DNA of 22,068 nt from an uncultured Nitrososphaeraceae archaeon (GTDB lineage: Archaea; Thermoproteota; Nitrososphaeria; Nitrososphaerales; Nitrososphaeraceae), in assembly GCA_963765895.1 (NCBI GenBank), contig CAVXZB010000026.1, positions 1 through 22,068 on the forward strand, read 5' to 3'. Both the position numbers and the translations under genes were made by a program. Shown here piece by piece: positions 19,101 through 22,068 of the stretch. Every line of letters starts with the position of its first letter. Position 1 is the first letter of the stretch. The notes below the pieces were generated by a model. It saw only the letters and a list, made by a program, of their open reading frames with translations. It ran no database searches and was not told the origin of the DNA.

Positions 19101-21811
19101 TTATTTTGCATCTCCACTACACAGATGTCCTCTCATGTGATGTACATCTCCTTTTTGTCTGCAATTTTCGCAAGCCCAAGTATCTGAGTGTCCAAGTCTA
19201 TAGATATTACACGATTCTTGTTCCTTGATAATCTGCTGGTCTCCGAATGTGTCAGATATGTCAGATATGTCAGATAGCTGGGGATTATTTTGTTCAGTCA
19301 TGAATGCGGGCAACTTTTTCATGTTAACCGATATCGTGTCAGATACGTCAGATGCGTCAGTTGTGGACTGTGTCACATTATTTTGACTGGCCCTGATAGT
19401 TGTGTCAGATATGTCAGATTTGTCAGATGACACTTCCTTATTGATGTATTGTATTACCATTGGCTTGGCATTTACTAATTTATTTTTCCGTGGTTTAGCA
19501 CGATGTCAGTTACAGCTCTTAGCTTGTGATTATGTTCAATATTCCACTTCTCGCCCAAGTATTCAGGTGATACGTCGATTTTCCTTGCATACCCTAGCAC
19601 AAAGTCCTGTGTGATAGTTATGCCAATGCTAGTATGTTTTAAGATGTCCACGAATGCATTATAAAGGCCGGCATTGCGCGGGCTTTGGCGATTGTTGCTA
19701 CAACTTTACCGTATTGTGATATCATTAGGCCGATCCAATTCATTGTCTGAGTTGCGATCTCGTCTGTGACTATGTTACTGAGGTTAAGCTCTTGCTTGCG
19801 CTTCTGCGATCCTAAATATTGAATCGTATGCCCTAGTGGTTACTGCTCCCTGAATTTTGCCCTTCTCCCAAAAATTGTTTAGTCTAGCTCCTACATCGTC
19901 TGTCACTACAGGCTCGAGGGTTTTTGTATAAACAAGTAATTTCCCCAGGAAATTATAGTTATGTGATGGACGGTTTCTAACCCTAGTTTTTTTGTACTTG
20001 TGAATTTATTGATTTCATTTTCAGATTGAAAATCCATGAATTTATAAACTTGATCACATCTATCAAGAAGAGGTTTGAGTATTGGTATCTCGTCTTTAGA
20101 TATATTATAGCCCTTTGCTCCAAGTTTGATTAAGTGGATTTGCTGTTGCTATGATGGTTGTGGGTGCGTCGATCTCGAAATGGGTGCCATATTTATCTAC
20201 GTGTATCTTCCTTCCTCAGCAATATCTAGCAAAAATTGTTGATCGGTAGGATTCATAGCGCCTATCTCATTTATTGCACAAACGGCGCCCTGGCAGGTAC
20301 AACTACTCCATACCTACATACCTAGACTATCATTTTCTTTATCGACAATAGCAATGAGGCTTTTGCCACTAGCATGTTGAGTCTGTTACATATCTGGAAT
20401 TAGGTAATAGACGAGTAGCCTCTTTTCGCGGACGTACTTTTTGCTGTCCCTGGTTCGCCTACGAGTAGTGTATTTATTCTTCCCCTTCTTCCATTATCAT
20501 TCCCATGATCCAGACCTTGCTCCAACTATAGATTCTAGTAGTCCCAATTTTTTGTCGTTATGACCTATTACATTGGGTGCAACCATTGCAACAACCCTAT
20601 CTATATATCGCATTGGTTTGATTCTTTTTGTAGCTCCCTGGATAACGCTCTATGGTTTCAAGTTCACTTTGGTAAGCCTTTTCACATATTGCCTTGTGTC
20701 TCTTAAAAATTTCAATATCTTTAGAAGTGATTACTATCTTTTCTCTGTGTTTCGAATCAAGTCTACTATGATGTAAAACACTGACAAGTTTCTTGCCATT
20801 GCTATTGATTACGCTTTGTGTCTTTGGCTGGACATGTAGGTCACCTGTTATGTCTACATCTTTGCCGGCGAATGCATGACTCCATGATTCATCGTATAAC
20901 ACTACCTCAAGTGAATCATAATTTTCATTATGGTTATTATCAGCATCAATGACTTGAATAGTCTTGGCTGTAAATGGTACTCGTGGCTAACAGTAAATGC
21001 GGTGCTGTGACATTCGAAGTACTCCCATTTCGGGACTTGAAAATTGTCCAGGTGTCTTGGTGGGAGCATACGAGGTGGTATATAATTCTGGCTACCGACT
21101 TGGTTACAATTAGGGCATTCCCACTTTGAATTAGATATTACCCAGTATTGAGTTGAAAGTGAGTCTCTATGATTCCAGTAACCGTTATCTGCCCAGACTT
21201 AATCTTCTTTGCTTCAGAAAACAATAAGGGACAATGGGACCGACTGTTAAGACCATCTTATACATCCAACCTCACTCTGAGATTTCGAGTGATACTGCGG
21301 TGAGTGTATTTTGGTCCGGCAATATTTTCAAAAATTTTCTGCACGACTGCTAATTTTAGCGCTTGTTGCGACTCTTCTGGACCTAATGCCTTAAGTTCGG
21401 CTAATATTCTTGTAGTTAGATTGGATATGTTGATAACAAATTCGACTGGTGGCTTTGCTATAGGAATCCATTTTTTAAGGCGCAGAGCCTGGTTATATGG
21501 GATACTTGTAAATGCTAACTTGCTTACCATTATGAGCAACTAAAAGCCTTTAAGTGAAGCAATTTGCAGAAACATCTCCTCCACTAGATAATTCCAAGGA
21601 CCAATATTCGCGATATTCATTTCCTAATTCCTTCGGATTTTGCTTTGGATTGTGGCACATTCAGACGGATTGAAACCAGTCTGCAGAATTCTTCTTCAGA
21701 TAGTCCAAGCAACTGATTTGTAATTGATTTGTTACTAAGGCTAGAATTAGTTTCCTTGTCTTGAAAACGTTTATTTTCATCTTCTGATAATGTACCTCTA
21801 GCGATCATCAT
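19101..21811 (-). pseudogene. mcm: MCM-family replicative helicase (mobile-element type), many frameshifts, with a C-terminal SDx-repeat linker and CxxC zinc finger
   Basis: Motifs: WECPNC zinc knuckle, AGKDVDITGDL OB-fold strand, APNVIGHNDKKLGLL, Walker A RGRINTLLVGEPGTAKS (core at 20436-20459), Walker B-like AVCAINEI, sensor 1 IIATANP, Arg finger LLDRCD and sensor 2 TTRAYDSIFRIAEAQAR. Whether the 5' fragments at 21258-21811 belong to this gene is less certain. Confidence 0.9.
19249..19430 (-). repeat. Three (NTATCTGAC)x3 triads inside the MCM 3' coding region
   Basis: Triads at 19249-19277, 19336-19363 and 19402-19430 encode LSDISDISDT, TTDASDVSDT and SSDKSDISDT. Confidence 0.92.
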
Positions 21812-22068
21812 CCTTGTTCTTCACCAGTTCATGGAAGTTGATATGCTTCGGGCGGTGTTGGCCTCGGGTTGCCCAACCTGTTCCAACACCAGCCCTTTTT
21901 GACTTTTGTGAATGGTGTTCAGCCTTTGACCGGTTTATCGTGGCCTCATATTGCATAGTGTGGCGCACGTTCTTGTCGTCAGCTTTTATGAGGGCCCTTT
22001 TTAGTCCGGCGATTTGTCTTTGATAGCGGGTGCAGTTTGAACAGCTACCTTTAGATGATGCCTTATTC
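21798..22068 (-). CDS. Partial hypothetical basic protein with CxxC, upstream of and overlapping the putative mcm start
   Basis: Open frame from the window edge (NKASSKGSCSNCTRYQRQIAGLKRAL...KNKDDDR*) to TAG at 21798-21800, overlapping the ATG at 21811. Confidence 0.5.
   Translation of the reverse strand, partial: NKASSKGSCSNCTRYQRQIAGLKRALIKADDKNVRHTMQYEATINRSKAEHHSQKSKRAGVGTGWATRGQHRPKHINFHELVKNKDDDR

Larger units (their letters stand above)
1..22068. mobile_element. Integrated plasmid-like element or nested island (integrase + MCM helicase + cargo); boundaries not visible
   Basis: Tyrosine integrase at the left end, divergent MCM gene at the right end, iteron-like repeat clusters, many gene fragments and no housekeeping genes. 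No att site or tRNA was identified. Confidence 0.65.

Overview
This AT-rich window is an accessory or mobile-element mosaic. Its gene families suggest a soil ammonia-oxidising archaeon (Nitrososphaeraceae-like); this is inferred from family recognition only. The left end carries a frameshifted tyrosine integrase (70-1347,+). The right end carries a frameshifted, element-type MCM helicase (19101-21811,-). Between them lie cargo genes, many broken or truncated: an alpha/beta hydrolase, a secreted low-complexity protein, a DUF1801 tail with a DHFR/RibD-C-like gene, an LLM oxidoreductase, two patatin phospholipases, two paralogous secreted DGD..EIHP proteins and several small hypotheticals. The most notable structure is non-coding. 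First, iteron-like triads of 3 x 9 bp (NTATCTGAC) sit inside the MCM 3' end and recur as two free arrays on both sides of patatin 2. Second, two other 3 x 9 bp triad families bracket patatin 1. Third, a ~320 bp palindrome-rich non-coding element occurs twice, each time on the same side of a triad array plus patatin, and one copy is split by a 1.37 kb insert carrying the LLM gene. No tRNA, rRNA or CRISPR-Cas was recognised. Alignments were done by eye, so pseudogene boundaries are approximate.
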